A program made the position numbers and the translations under genes. Positions 1 to 18,170 of a stretch of DNA of 64,000 nucleotides are shown here, piece by piece. The stretch comes from Eledone cirrhosa (Eukaryota): the NCBI GenBank assembly GCA_964016885.1, contig OZ024743.1:7564001-7628000 (forward strand), in the 5' to 3' direction. The notes beneath the pieces were generated by a model that was given only the letters and a program-made list of their open reading frames with translations, did no database searches and was not told the origin of the DNA. Within the stretch, counting starts at the first letter, position 1; the number at the start of each line of letters is the position of its first letter.

Positions 1-3000
1 ACTAGAATCTACCCCAACTAATACTATAATCTACCTCATCTAATACTATAATCTACCTCATCTAATACTATAATCTACCACATCTAATACTATAATCTAC
101 CTCATCTTTAACTATAATCTAACCCATTTAATACTATAATCTACCCCATCTAATACTATAATCTACCTCATCTAATATATTCTACCTCATCTAATACTAT
201 AATCTACCTCATCTAATACTATAATCTACCACATCTGATACTATAATCTACCTCATCTAATACTATAATCTACCCCATCTAATACTATAATCTACAACAT
301 CTAATACTATAATCTACCTCATCTAATACTATAATCTACAACATCTAATACTATAATCTACCTCATCTAATACTATAATCTACCTCATCTAATACTATAA
401 TATACCTCATCTAACAATATAATCTACCCCATCTAATAATATAATCTACTCCATCTAATACTATAATCTACAACATCTAATACTATAATCTACCTCATCT
501 AATACTATAATCTACCTCATCTAATACTATAACATACCTCATCTAACAATATAATCTACCCCATCTAATAATATAACCTACTCCATCTAATACAATAATC
601 TCCCCCATCTAATACTATAATCTACCTCATCTAATACTATAATCTACCTCATCTAATACTATAATCTACCCATCTAATACTATAATCTACCTCATCTAAT
701 ACTATAATCTACCTCATCTAATACTATAATCTACCTCATCTAATAATATAATCTACCCCATCTAATACTATAATCTACTCCATCTAATACTATAATCTCC
801 CCCATCTAATACTATAATCTACCTCATCTAATACTATTATCTACCTCATCTAATACTATAATCTACCTCATCTAACAATATAATCTACTCCATCTAATAA
901 TATAATCTACTCCATCTAATACTATAATCTACCTCATCTAATACTATAATCTACTCCATCTAATACTATAATATACCTCATCTAATACTATAATCTACCT
1001 CATCTAATAATATAATCTACCTCATCTAATACTATAATCTACCTCATCTAATACTATAATCTACCTCATCTAATAATATAATCTACCCCCTCTAATAATA
1101 TAATCTACCCTATCTAATACTATAATCTACCCTATCTAATACTATAATCTACTTCATCTAATACTATAATCTACCACATCTAATATTATAATCTACCTCA
1201 TCTACTACTATAATCTACCCCAACTAATACTATAATCTACCCCATCTAATACTATAATCTACCTCATCTAATACTATAATCTACCTCATCTAATACTATA
1301 ATCTACTTAATCTAATACTATAATCTTCCACATCTAATACTATAATCTACCTCATCTAATATTATAATCTACCCCATCTAATACTATAATCTACCCCATC
1401 TAATACTATAATGTACCTCATCTAATATAATCTACCACATCTAATACTATAATCTACCTCTCTAATACTATAATCTACCTCATCTAACAATATAATATAC
1501 TCCATCTAATAATATAATCTACCCCATCTAATACTATAAGCTAGCACATCTAATACTATAAACTACCCCATCTAATACTATAATCTACCCCATCTAATAC
1601 TATAATCTACCTCATCTAATACTATAATCTACCCCATCAAATACTATAATCTACCTCAGCTAATACTATAATCTACCCGTCTAATAATATAATCTACCTC
1701 ATCTAATACTATAATCTACCTCATCTAATACTATAATCTACCTCATCTAATACTATAATCTACCTCATCTAATACTATAACCTACCTCATCTAATACTAT
1801 AAAATACCTCATCTAATACTATAATCTACTTCATCTAATACTATAATCTACCTCATCTGATACTATAATCTCCCTCATCTAATACTATAATTTACCTCAT
1901 CTAATACTATAATCTACCTCATCTAATACTATAATCTACTTCAACTAATACTATAATCTCCCTCATCTAATACAATAATTTACCTCATCTAATATTATAA
2001 TCTACCTCATCTAATACTATAATCTACCTCATATAATACTATAATCTACCTCATATAATAATATAATCTACCTCATCTAATACTATAATCTACCTCATCC
2101 AATACTACAATTTACCTCATCTAATACTATAATCTACCCCATCTAATACTATAATCTACAACATCTAATACTATAATCTACCTCATCTAATACTATAATC
2201 TACCTCATCTAATACTATAATCTACCTCATCTAACAATATAATCTACCCCATCTAATACTATAATCTACCCCATCTAATACTATAATCTACAACATCTAA
2301 TACTATAATCTACCTCATCTAATACTATAAAATACCTCATCTAATACTATAATGTACTTCATCTAATACTATAATCTACCACATCTAATATTATAATCTA
2401 CCTCATCTAATACTATAACCTACCTCATCTAATACTATAATATACCTCATCTAATGCTATAATCTACTTCATCTAATACTATAATCTACCTCATCTAATA
2501 CTATAATCTACCTCATCTGATACTATAATCTCCCTCATCTAATACTATAATTTACCTCATCTAATACTATAATCCACCTCATCTAATACTATAATCTACC
2601 TCATCTAATACTATAATCTAACTCATATAATACTATAATCTACCTCATCTAATACTATATTCTACCTCATCTAATACTACAATTTACCTCAACTAATACT
2701 ATAATCTACCCCATCTAATACTATAATCTACCTCAACTAATACTATAATCTACCTCATCTAATACTATAATCTACCTCATCTAATACTATAATCGACCTC
2801 ATCTAACACTATAATCTACCCCATCTAATACTATAATCTACCCTATCTAATACTATAATGTACTTCATCTAATACTATAATCTACCACATCTAATATTAT
2901 AATCTACCTCATCTAATACTATAATCTACCCCAACTAATACTATAATCTACCCCATCTAATACTATAATCTAGCTCATCTAATACTATAATCTACCTCAT

Positions 3001-4258
3001 CTAATACTATAATCTACCTCATCTAATACTATAATCTACCTCATATAATACTATAATCTACCTCATCTAATACTATAATCTACCTCATCTAATACTATAA
3101 TCTACCTCATCTAATAATATAATCTACCCCATCTAATACTATAATTTACCCATATAATAATATAATCTACTTCATCTAATACTACAATCTTCCACATCTA
3201 ATACTATAATCTACCTCATCTAATACTATAATCTACCTCATCTAATACTATAATCTACCCCATCTAATACTATAATCTACCCCAACTATACTATAATCTA
3301 GCACATCTAATACTATAATCTACCCCATCTAATACTATAATCTAGCACATCTAATACTATAATCTACACCATCTAATACTATAATCTACCTCATCTAATA
3401 CTATAATATACCTCATCTAAAACTATAATCTACCCCATCTAATACTATAATCTAGCACATCTAATACTATAATCTACCTAATCTAACACTAAAATCTACC
3501 CCATCTAATACTATGATATACCTCATCTAATACTATAATCTACCCCATCAAATACTATAATGTACCTCATCTAATACTATAATCTATCCCATCTAATACT
3601 ATAATCTATCTCTTCTAATACTATAATCTACCCCATCTAATACTATAATCTACCTCATCTAATACTATAATCTACCCCATCTAATACTATAATCTACCTC
3701 ATCTAATACTATAATCTACCTCATCTAATACTATAATCTACCCCATCAAATACTATAATCTACCTCATCTAATACAATAATCTACCCCATCAAATACTAT
3801 AATCTACCCCATCTAATACTATAATCTACCCCATCTAATACTATAATCTACCCCATCTAATACTATAATCTAGCACATCTAATACTATAATCTATCTCAT
3901 CTAATACTATAATGTACCTCATCTAATACTATAATCTACCTCATCTAATACTATAATATACCTCATCGAATACTATAAAATACCTCATCTAATACTATAA
4001 TCTACCCCATTTAATACTATAATCTACCCCATCTAATACTATAATCTACCTCATCTAATACTATAATCTACCTCATCTAATACTATAATCTACCTCATCT
4101 AAATACTATAATCTACCTCATCTAATACTATAATCTACCCCATCTAATACTATAATATACCTCATCTAATACTATAATCTACCACATCTAATACTATAAT
4201 ATACCTCATCTAATACTATAATCTACACCATCTAATACTATAATATACCTCATCTAAT
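1..4258. repeat. Higher-order block, left family, copy 1 (~4.26 kb, ~194 monomers)
   Basis: Rare variants recur at +4258: CATCTTTAAC at 103/4361, TAATATATTC at 173/4431, CATACCTC at 533/4791. CAGCTAA at 1657/5914 is +4257, after a 1-bp deletion near 5284. Confidence 0.9.
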
Positions 4259-7200
4259 ACTACAATCTACCCCAACTAATACTATAATCTACCTCATCTA
4301 ATACTATAATCTACCTCATCTAATACTATAATCTACCACATCTAATACTATAATCTACCTCATCTTTAACTATAATCTAACCCATTTAATACTATAATCT
4401 ACCCCATCTAATACTATAATCTACCTCATCTAATATATTCTACCTCATCTAATACTATAATCTACCTCATCTAATACTATAATCTACCACATCTGATACT
4501 ATAATCTACCTCATCTAATACTATAATCTACCCCAATTAATACTATAATCTACAACATCTAATACTATAATCTACCTCATCTAATACTATAATCTACAAC
4601 ATCTAATACTATAATCTACCTCATCTAATACTATAATCTACCTCATCTAATACTATAATATACCTCATCTAACAATATAATCTACCCCATCTAATAATAT
4701 AATCTACTCCATCTAATACTATAATCTACAACATCTAATACTATAATCTACCTCATCTAATACTATAATCTACCTCATCTAATACTATAACATACCTCAT
4801 CTAACAATATAATCTACCCCATCTAATAATATAACCTACTCCATCTAATACAATAATCTCCCCCATCTAATACTATAATCTACCTCATCTAATACTATAA
4901 TCTACCTCATCTAATACTATAATCTACCCATCTAATACTATAATCTACCTCATCTAATACTATAATCTACCTCATCTAATACTATAATATACCTCATCTA
5001 ATAATATAATCTAACCCATCTAATACTATAATCTACTCCATCTAATACTATAATCTCCCCCATCTAATACTATAATCTACCTCATCTAATACTATTATCT
5101 ACCTCATCTAATACTATAATCTACCTCATCTAACAATATAATCTACTCCATCTAATAATATAATCTACTCCATCTAATACTATAATCTACCTCATCTAAT
5201 ACTATAATCTACTCCATCTAATACTATAATATACCTCATCTAATACTATAATCTACCTCATCTAATAATATAATCTACCTCATCAATACTATAATCTACC
5301 TCATCTAATACTATAATCTACCTCATCTAATAATATAATCTACCCCCTCTAATAATATAATCTACCCTATCTAATACTATAATCTACCCTATCTAACACT
5401 ATAATCTACTTCATCTAATACTATAATCTACCACATCTAATATTATAATCTACCTCATCTACTACTATAATCTACCCCAACTAATACTATAATCTACCCC
5501 ATCTAATACTATAATCTACCTCATCTAATACTATAATCTACCTCATCTAATACTATAATCTACTTAATCTAATACTATAATCTTCCACATCTAATACTAT
5601 AATCTACCTCATCTAATATTATAATCTACCCCATCTAATACTATAATCTACCCCATCTAATACTATAATGTACCTCATCTAATATAATCTACCACATCTA
5701 ATACTATAATCTACCTCTCTAATACTATAATCTACCTCATCTAACAATATAATATACTCCATCTAATAATATAATCTACCCCATCTAATACTATAAGCTA
5801 GCACATCTAATACTATAAACTACCCCATCTAATACTATAATCTACCCCATCTAATACTATAATCTACCTCATCTAATACTATAATCTACCCCATCAAATA
5901 CTATAATCTACCTCAGCTAATACTATAATCTACCCCGTCTAATAATATAATCTACCTCATCTAATACTATAATCTACCTCATCTAATACTATAATCTACC
6001 TCATCTAATACTATAATCTACCTCATCTAATACTATAACCTACCTCATCTAATACTATAAAATACCTCATCTAATACTATAATCTACTTCATCTAATACT
6101 ATAATCTACCTCATCTGATACTATAATCTCCCTCATCTAATACTATAATTTACCTCATCTAATACTATAATCTACCTCATCTAATACTATAATCTACTTC
6201 AACTAATACTATAATCTCCCTCATCTAATACAATAATTTACCTCATCTAATATTATAATCTACCTCATCTAATACTATAATCTACCTCATATAATACTAT
6301 AATCTACCTCATATAATAATATAATCTACCTCATCTAATACTATAATCTACCTCATCCAATACTACAATTTACCTCATCTAATACTATAATCTACCCCAT
6401 CTAATACTATAATCTACAACATCTAATACTATAATCTACCTCATCTAATACTATAATCTACCTCATCTAATACTATAATCTACCTCATCTAACAATATAA
6501 TCTACCCCATCTAATACTATAATCTACCCCATCTAATACTATAATCTACAACATCTAATACTATAATCTACCTCATCTAATACTATAAAATACCTCATCT
6601 AATACTATAATGTACTTCATCTAATACTATAATCTACCACATCTAATATTATAATCTACCTCATCTATTACTATAATCTACCCCAACTAATACTATAATC
6701 TACCCCATCTAATACTATAATCTAGCTCATCTAATACTATAATCTACCTCATCTAATACTATAATCTACCTCATCTAATACTATAATCTACCTCATATAA
6801 TACTATAATCTACCTCATCTAATACTATAATCTACCTCATCTAATACTATAATCTACCTCCTCTAATAATATTATCTACCCCATCTAATACTATAATTTA
6901 CCCATATAATAATATAATCTACTTCATCTAATACTACAATCTTCCACATCTAATACTATAATCTACCTCATCTAATACTATAATCTACCTCATCTAATAC
7001 TATAATCTACCCCATCTAATACTATAATCTACCCCAACTATACTATAATCTAGCACATCTAATACTATAATCTACCCCATCTAATACTATAATCTAGCAC
7101 ATCTAATACTATAATCTACCCCATCTAATACTATAATCTACCTCATCTAATACTATAATATACCTCATCTAAAACTATAATCTACCCCATCTAATACTAT

Positions 7201-7922
7201 AATCTAGCACATCTAATACTATAATCTACCTAATCTAACACTAAAATCTACCCCATCTAATACTATGATATACCTCATCTAATACTATAATCTACCCCAT
7301 CAAATACTATAATGTACCTCATCTAATACTATAATCTATCCCATCTAATACTATAATCTACCTCATCTAATACTATAATCTACCTCATCTAATACTATAA
7401 TCTACCCCATCAAATACTATAATCTACCTCATCTAATACTATAATCTACCCCATCAAATACTATAATCTACCCCATCTAATACTATAATCTACCCCATCT
7501 AATACTATAATCTACCCCATCTAATACTATAATCTAGCACATCTAATACTATAATCTATCTCATCTAATACTATAATGTACCTCATCTAATACTATAATC
7601 TACCTCATCTAATACTATAATATACCTCATCGAATACTATAAAATACCTCATCTAATACTATAATCTACCCCATTTAATACTATAATCTACCCCATCTAA
7701 TACTATAATCTACCTCATCTAATACTATAATCTACCTAATCTAATACTATAATCTACCTCATCTAAATAATATAATCTACCTCATCTAATACTATAATCT
7801 ACCCCATCTAATACTATAATATACCTCATCTAATACTATAATCTACCCCATCTAATACTATAATATACCTCATCTAATACTATAATCTACACCATCTAAT
7901 ACTATAATATACCTCATCTAAT
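4259..7922. repeat. Higher-order block, left family, copy 2 (~3.66 kb, about 27 monomers shorter than copy 1)
   Basis: Same variant order as copy 1. The next CATCTTTAAC is at 8024 (+3663) and ACTAGAATCT restarts at 7923. The segment matching ~2351-2856 of copy 1 is absent. Confidence 0.85.
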
Positions 7923-10900
7923 ACTAGAATCTACCCCAACTAATACTATAATCTACCTCATCTAATACTATAATCTACCTCATCTAATACTATAATCTAC
8001 CACATCTAATACTATAATCTGCCTCATCTTTAACTATAATCTAACCCATTTAATACTATAATCTACCCCATCTAATACTATAATCTACCTCATCTAATAT
8101 ATTCTACCTCATCTAATACTATAATCTACCTCATCTAATACTATAATCTACCACATCTGATACTATAATCTACCTCATCTAATACTATAATCTACCCCAT
8201 CTAATACTATAATCTACAACATCTAATACTATAATCTACCTCATCTAATACTATAATCTACAACATCTAATACTATAATCTACCTCATCTAATACTATAA
8301 TCTACCTCATCTAATACTATAATATACCTCATCTAACAATATAATCTACCCCATCTAATACTATAATCTACAACATCTAATACTATAATCTACAACATCT
8401 AATACTATAATCTACCTCATCTAATACTATAATCTACAACATCTAATACTATAATCTACCTCATCTAATACTATAATCTACCCCATCTAATACTATAATC
8501 TACAACATCTAATACTATAATCTACCTCATCTAATACTATAATCTACAACATCTAATACTATAATCTACCTCATCTAATACTATAATCTACCTCATCTAA
8601 TACTATAATATACCTCATCTAACAATATAATCTACTCCATCTAATACTATAATCTACAACATCTAATACTATAATCTACCTCATCTAATACTATAATCTA
8701 CCTCATCTAATACTATAACATACCTCATCTAACAATATAATCTACCCCATCTAATAATATAACCTACTCCATCTAATACAATAATCTCCCCCATCTAATA
8801 CTATAATCTACCTCATCTAATACTATAATCTACCTCATCTAATACTATAATCTACCCATCTAATACTATAATCTACCTCATCTAATACTATAATCTACCT
8901 CATCTAATACTATAATATACCTCATCTAATAATATAATCTACCCCATCTAATACTATAATCTACTCCATCTAATACTATAATCTCCCCCATCTAATACTA
9001 TAATCTACCTCATCTAATACTATTATCTACCTCATCTAATACTATAATCTACCTCATCTAACAATATAATCTACTCGATCTAATAATATAATCTACTCCA
9101 TCTAATACTATAATCTACCTCATCTAATACTATAATCTACTCCATCTAATACTATAATATACCTCATCTAATACTATAATCTACCTCATCTAATACTATA
9201 ATCTACCTCATCTAATAATATAATCTACCCCCTCTAATAAGATAATCTACCCTATCTAATACTATAATCTACCCTATCTAATACTATAATCTACTTCATC
9301 TAATACTATAATCTACCACATCTAATATTATAATCTACCTCATCTACTACTATAATCTACCCCAACTAATACTATTATCTACCCCCATCTAATACTATAA
9401 TCTACCTCATCTAATACTATAATCTACCTCATCTAATACTATAATCTACTTAATCTAATACTATAATCTTCCACATCTAATACTATAATCTACCTCATCT
9501 AATATTATAATCTACCCCATCTAATACTATAATCTACCCCATCTAATACTATAATGTACCTCATCTAATATAATCTACCACATCTAATACTATAATCTAC
9601 CTCTCTAATACTATAATCTACCTCATCTAACAATATAATATACTCCATCTAATAATATAATCTACCCCATCTAATACTATAATCTAGCACATCTAATACT
9701 ATAATCTACCCCATCTAATACTATAATCTACCCCATCTAATACTATAATCTACCTCATCTAATACTATAATCTACCCCATCAAATACTATAATCTACCTC
9801 ATCTAATACTATAACCTACCTCATCTAATACTATAAAATACCTCATCTAATACTATAATCTACTTCATCTAATACTATAATCTAACTCATCTAATACTAT
9901 AATCTACCTCATCTGATACTATAATCTCCCTCATCTAATACTATAATTTACCTCATCTAATACTATAATCTACCTCATCTAATACTATAATCTACCTCAA
10001 CCAATACTATAATCTCCCTCATCTAATACAATCATTTACCTCATCTAATATTATAATCTACCTCATCTAATACTATAATCTACCTCATCTAATACTATAA
10101 TCTACCTCATATAATAATATAATCTACCTCATCTAATACTATAATCTACCTCATCCAATACTACAATTTACCTCATCTAATACTATAATCTACCCCATCT
10201 AATACTATAATCTACAACATCTAATACTATAATCTACCTCATCTAATACTATAATCTACCTCATCTAATACTATAATCTACCTCATCTAATACTATAATC
10301 TACCTCATCTAATACTATAATCTACCTCATCTAATAATATAATCTCCCCCATCTAATACTATAATCTACCTCATCTAATACTATAATCTACCTCATCTAA
10401 TACTATAATCTACCTCATCTAATACTATAATCTACCTCATCTAATACTATAATATACCTCATATAATACTATAATCTACCTCATCTAATACTATAATCTA
10501 CCTCATCTAATACTATAATCTATTTCATCTAATACTATAATCTACCTCATCTAATACTATAATCTACCACATCTAATAATATAATCTACCCCATCTAATA
10601 CTATAATCTACCCTATCTAATACTATAATCTACCCTATCTAATACTATAATGTACTTCATCTAATACTATAATCTACCACATCTAATATTATAATCTTCC
10701 ACATCTAATACTATAATCTACCCCATCTAATACTATAATCTACCCCATATAATAATATAATCTACGCCATCTAATACTATAATCTACCACATCTAATACT
10801 ATAATCTACCTCATCTAATATTATAATCTATCTCGTCCAATACTATAATCTACCTCATTTAATAATATAATCTAGCCCATCTAATACTATAATCTAGCAC

Positions 10901-13900
10901 ATCTAATACTAAATCTACCCCATTTAATACTATAATCTACCCCATCTAATACTATAATCTACCTCATCTAATACTATAATCTACCTCATCTAATACTATA
11001 ATCTACCCCATCAAATACTATAATCTACCTCATCTAATACTATAATCTACCCCATCTAATAATATAATCTACCTCATCTAATACTATAATCTACCTCATC
11101 TAATACTATAATCTACCTCATCTAATACTATAATTTACCTCATCTAATACTATAACCTACCTCATCTAATACTATAATATACCTCATCTAATGCTATAAT
11201 CTACTTCATCTAATACTATAATCTACCTCATCTAATACTATAATCTACCTCATCTGATACTATAATCTCCATCATCTAATACTATAATTTACCTCATCTA
11301 ATACTATAATCCACCTCATCTAATACTATAATCTACCTCATCTAATACTATAATCTACCTCATATAATACTATAATCTACCTCATCTAATACTATATTCT
11401 ACCTCATCTAATACTACAATTTACCTCAACTAATACTATAATCTACCCCATCTAATACTATAATCTACAACATCTAATACTATAATCTACCTCATCTAAT
11501 ACTATAATCGACCTCATCTAACACTATAAACTACTCCATCTAATACTATAATCTACCCTATCTAATACTATCATGTACTTCATCTACTACTATAATCTAC
11601 CACATCTAATATTATAATCTACCTCATCTAATACTATAATCTACCCCAACTAATACTATAATCTACCCCATCTAATACTATAATCTAGCTCATCTAATAC
11701 TATAATCTACCTCATCTAATACTATAATCTACCTCATCTAATACTATAATCTACCTCATATAATACTATAATCTACCTCATCTAATACTATAATCTACCT
11801 CATCTAATACTATAATGTACCTCATCTAATAATATAATCTACCCCATCTAATACTATAATTTTCCCATATAATAATATAATCTACTTCATCTAATACTAC
11901 AATCTTCCACATCTAATACTATAATCTACCTCATCTAATACTATAATCTACCTCATCTAATACTATAATCTACCCCATCTAATACTATAATCTACCCCAT
12001 CTAATACTATAATCTACCTCATCTAATACTATAAACTACCTCATCTAATACTATAATATACCTCATCTAAAACTATAATCTACCCCAACTATACTATAAT
12101 CTAGCACATCTAATACTATAATCTACCCCATCTAATACTATAATCTAGCACATCTAATACTATAATCTACCCCATCTAATACTATAATCTACCTCATCTA
12201 ATACTATAATATACCTCATATAAAACTATAATCTACCCCATCTAATACTATAATCTAGCACATCTAATACTATAATCTTCCTAATCTAACACTAAAATCT
12301 ACCCCATCTAATACTATGATATACCTCATCTAATACTATAATCTACCCCATCAAATACTATAATCTACCTCATCTAATACTATAATCTATCCCATCTAAT
12401 ACTATAATCTATCTCTTCTAATACTATAATCTACCCCATCTAATACTATAATCTACCTCATCTAATACTATAATCTACCCCATCTAATACTATAATATAC
12501 CTCATCTAATACTATAATCTACCCCATCTAATACTATAATATACCTCATCTAATACTATAATCTACCCCATCTAATACTATAATCTACCTCATCTAATAC
12601 TATAATCTACCTCATCTAATACTATAATCTACCCCATCAAATACTATAATCTACCTCATCTAATACTATAATCTACCCCATCAAATACTATAATCTACCC
12701 CATCTAATACTATAATCTACCCCATCTAATACTATAATCTACCCCATCTAATACTATAATCTAGCACATCTAATACTATAATCTATCTCATCTAATACTA
12801 TAATCTACCTCATCTAATACTATAATCTACCTCATCTAATACTATAATATACCTCATCGAATACTATAAAATACCTCATCTAATACTATAATCTACCCCA
12901 TCTAATACTATAATCTACCCCATCTAATACTATAATCTACCTCATCTAATACTATAATCTACCTCATCTAATACTATAATCTACCTCATCTAAATACTAT
13001 AATCTACCTCATCTAATACTATAATCTACCCCATCTAATACTATAATATACCTCATCTAATACTATAATCTACTCCATCTAATACTATAATATACCTCAT
13101 CTAATACTATAATCTACACCATCTAATACTATAATATACCTCATCTAATACTAGAATCTACCCCAACTAATACTATAATCTACCTCATCTTATACTGTAA
13201 TCTACCTCATCTAATACTATAATCTACCCCATCTAATACTATAATCTACCACATCTAATACTATAATCTACCTCATCTTTAACTATAATCTAACCCATTT
13301 AATACTATAATCTACCCCATCTAATACTATAATCTACCTCATCTAATATATTCTACCTCATCTAATACTATAATCTACCTCATCTAATACTATAATCTAC
13401 CACATCTGATACTATAATCTACCTCATCTAATACTATAATCTACCCCATCTAATACTATAATCTACAACATCTAATACTATAATCTACCTCATCTAATAC
13501 TATAATCTACAACATCTAATACTATAATCTACCTCATCTAATACTATAATCTACCTCATCTAATACTATAATATACCTCATCTAACAATATAATCTACCC
13601 CATCTAATAATATAATCTACTCCATCTAATACTATAATCTACAACATCTAATAATATAATCTACCTCATCTAATACTATAATCTACCTCATCTAATACTA
13701 TAATATACCTCATCTAACAATATAATCTACCCCATCTAATAATATAATCTACTCCATCTAATAATATAATCTACCCCATCTAATACTATAATCTAGCACA
13801 TCTAATACTATAATCTACCCATCTAATACTATAATCTACCCCATCTAATACTATAATCTACCTCATCTAATACTATAATCTACCTCATCTAATACTATAA

Positions 13901-14559
13901 TCTACCTCATCTAATACTATAATCTACCCCATCAAATACTATAAGCTACCTCAGCTAATACTATAATCTACCCCGTCTAATAATATAATCTACCTCATCT
14001 AATACTATAATCTACCTCATCTAATACTATAACCTACCTCATCTAATACTATAATCTACCTCATCTAATACTATAACCTACCTCATCTAATACTATAATA
14101 TACCTCATCTAATACTATAATCTACTTCATCTAATACTATAATCTACCTCATCTAATACTATAATCTACCTCATCTGATACTATAATCTCCCTCATCTAA
14201 TACTATAATTTACCTCATCTAATACTATAATCTACCTCATCTAATACTATAATCTACCTCAACTAATACTATAATCTCCCTCATCTAATACAATATTTAC
14301 CACATCTAATATTATAATCTACCTCATCTAATACTATAATCTACCTCATCTAATACTATAATCTACCTCATATAATAATATAATCTACCTCATCTAATAC
14401 TATAATCTACCACATCCAATACTACAATTTACCTCATCTAATACTATAATCTACCCCATCTAATACTATAATCTACAACATCTAATACTATAATCTACCT
14501 CATCTAATACTATAATCTACCTCATCTAACAATATAATCTACCCCATCTAATAATATAA

Positions 14560-15660
14560 TCTCCCCCATCTAATACTATAATCTACCTCATCTAATACTA
14601 TAATCTACCTCATCTAATACTATAATCTACCTCATCTAATACTATAATCTACCTCATCTAATACTATAATATACCTCATATAATACTATAATATACCTCA
14701 TCTAATACTATAATCTACCTCATCTAATACTATAATCTATTTCATCTAATACTATAATCTACCACATCTAATATTATAATCTACCTCATCTAATACTATA
14801 ATCTCCCACATCTAATACTATAATCTACCCCATCTAATACTATAATCTACCCCATATAATAATATAATCTACACCATCTAATACTATAATCTACCACATC
14901 TAATACTATAATCTACCTCATCTAATACTATAAACCAACTCATCTAATACTATAATCTACCTCATCTAATACTATAATCTATCTCGTCCAATACTATAAT
15001 CTACCTCATTTAATAATATAATCTACCCCATCTAATACTATAATCTAGCACATCTAATACTATAATCTACAACATCTAATACTATAATCTACCTCATCTA
15101 ATACTATAATATACCTCATCTAACAATATAATCTACCCCATCTAATAATATAATCTCCCCCATCTAATACTATAATCTACCTCATCTAATACTATAATCT
15201 ACCTCATCTAATACTATAATCTACCTCATCTAATACTATAATCTACCTCATCTAATACTATAATATACCTCATATAATACTATAATCTACCTCATCTAAT
15301 ACTATAATCTACCTCATCTAATACTATAATCTATTTCATCTAATACTATAATCTACCACATCTAATATTATAATCTACCTCATCTAATACTATAATCTTC
15401 CACATCTAATACTATAATCTACCCCATCTAATACTATAATCTACCCCATATAATAATATAATCTACACCATCTAATACTATAATCTACCACATCTAATAC
15501 TATAATCTACCTCAAATAATACTATAAACCAACTCATCTAATACTATAATCTACCTCATCTAATACTATAATCTATCTCGTCCAATACTATAATCTACCT
15601 CATTTAATAATATAATCTACCCCATCTAATACTATAATCTAGCACATCTAATACTATAAT
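14560..15660. repeat. Local tandem duplication of 27 monomers (594 bp)
   Basis: The rare variant TAAACCAACT is at 14931 and 15525. Flanking ATCTATTTC and ATCTCGTCC variants recur in the same order. Boundaries are approximate. Confidence 0.8.
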
Positions 15661-15859
15661 CTACCTCATCTAATACTATAATCTACACCATCAAATACTA
15701 TAATCTACCTCATCTAATACTATAATCTACACCATCTAATAATATAATCTACCTCATCTAATACTATAATCTACCTCATCTAATACTATAATCTACCTCA
15801 TCTAATACTATAATTTACCTCATCTAATACTATAACCTACCTCATCTAATACTATAATA

Positions 15860-18170
15860 TACCTCATCTAATGCTATAATCTACTTCATCTAATACTATA
15901 ATCTACGTCATCTAATACTATAATCTACCTCATCTGATACGATAATCTCCCTCATCTAATACTATAATTTACCTCATCTAATACTATAATCCACCTCATC
16001 TAATACTATAATCTACCTCATCTAATACTATAATCTACCTCATATAATACTATAATCTACCTCATCTAATACTATATTCTACCTCATCTAATACTACAAT
16101 TTACCTCAACTAATACTATAATCTACCCCATCTAATACTATAATCTACAACATCTAATACTATAATCTACCTCATCTAATACTATAATCGACCTCATCTA
16201 ACACTATAATCTACCCCATCTAATACTATAATCGACCCTATCTAATACTATAATGTACTTCATCTAATACTATAATCTACCACATCTAATATTATAATCT
16301 ACCTCATCTAATACTATAATCTACCCCAACTAATACTATAATCTACCCCATCTAATACTATAATCTAGCTCATCTAATACTATAATCTACCTCATCTAAT
16401 ACTATAATCTACCTCATCTAATACTATAATCTACCTCATATAATACTATAATCTACCTCATCTAATACTATAATCTACCTCATCTAATACTATAATCTAC
16501 CTCATCTAATGATATAATCTACCCCATCTAATACTATAATTTACCCATATAATAATATAATCTACTTCATCTAATACTACAATTTTCCACATCTAATACT
16601 ATAATCTACCTCATCTAATACTATAACCTACCTCATCTAATACTATAATCTACTTCATCTAATACTATAATCTACGTCATCTAATACTATAATCTACCTC
16701 ATCTGATACGATAATCTCCCTCATCTAATACTATAATTTACCTCATCTAATACTATAATGCACCTCATCTAATACTATAATCTACCTCATCTAATACTAT
16801 AATCTACCTCATATAATACTATAATCTACCTCATCTAATACTATATTCTACCTCATCTAATACTACAATTTACCTCAACTAATACTATAATCTACCCCAT
16901 CTAATACTATAATCTACAACATCTAATACTATAATCTACCTCATCTAATACTATAATCGACCTCATCTAACACTATAATCTACCCCATCTAATACTATAA
17001 TCTACCCTATCTAATACTATAATGTACTTCATCTAATACTATAATCTACCACATCTAATATTATAATCTACCTCATCTAATACTATAATCTACCCCAACT
17101 AATACTATAATCTACCCCATCTAATACTATAATCTAGCTCATCTAATACTATAATCTACCTCATCTAATACTATAATCTACCTCATCTAATACTATAATC
17201 TACCTCATATAATACTATAATCTACCTCATCAAATACTATAATCTACCTCATCTAATACTATAATCTACCTCATCTAATGATATAATCTACCCCATCTAA
17301 TACTATAATTTACCCATATAATAATATAATCTACTTCATCTAATACTACAATTTTCCACATCTAATACTATAATCTACCTCATCTAATACTATAACCTAC
17401 CTCATCTAATACTATAATATACCTCATCTAATGTTATAATCTACTTCATCTAATACTATAATCTACCTCATCTAATACTATAATCTACCTCATCTGATAC
17501 TATAATCTCCCTCATCTAATACTATAATTTACCTCATCTAATACTATAATCCACCTCATCTAATACTATAATCTACCTCATCTAATACTATAATCTACCT
17601 CATATAATACTATAATCTACCTCATCTAATACTATATTCTACCTCATCTAATACTACAATTTACCTCAACTAATACTATAATCTACCCCATCTAATACTA
17701 TAATCTACAACATCTAATACTATAATCTACCTCATATAATACTATAATCGACCTCATCTAACACTATAAACTACCCCATCTAATACTATAATCTACCCTA
17801 TCTAATACTATAATGTACTTCATCTACTACTATAATCTACCACATCTAATATTATAATCTACCTCATCTAATACTATAATCTACCCCAACTAATACTATA
17901 ATCTACCCCATCTAATACTATAATCTAGCTCATCTAATACTATAATCTACCTCATCTAATACTATAATCTACCTCATCTAATACTATAATCTACCTCATA
18001 TAATACTATAATCTACCTCATCTAATACTATAATCTACCTCATCTAATACTATAATCTACCTCATCTAATAATATAATCTACCCCATCTAATACTATAAT
18101 TTACCCATATAATAATATAATCTACTTCATCTAATACTACAATCTTCCACATCTAATACTATAATCTACC
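15860..18170. repeat. Tandem triplication of a 35-36 monomer unit (769/791 bp)
   Basis: ACGT at 15905/16674 and AATGATAT (G at 16511/17280) are both +769. ATCGACC-ACACT has its CG at 16189, 16958 and 17749. Boundaries are approximate. Confidence 0.82.
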
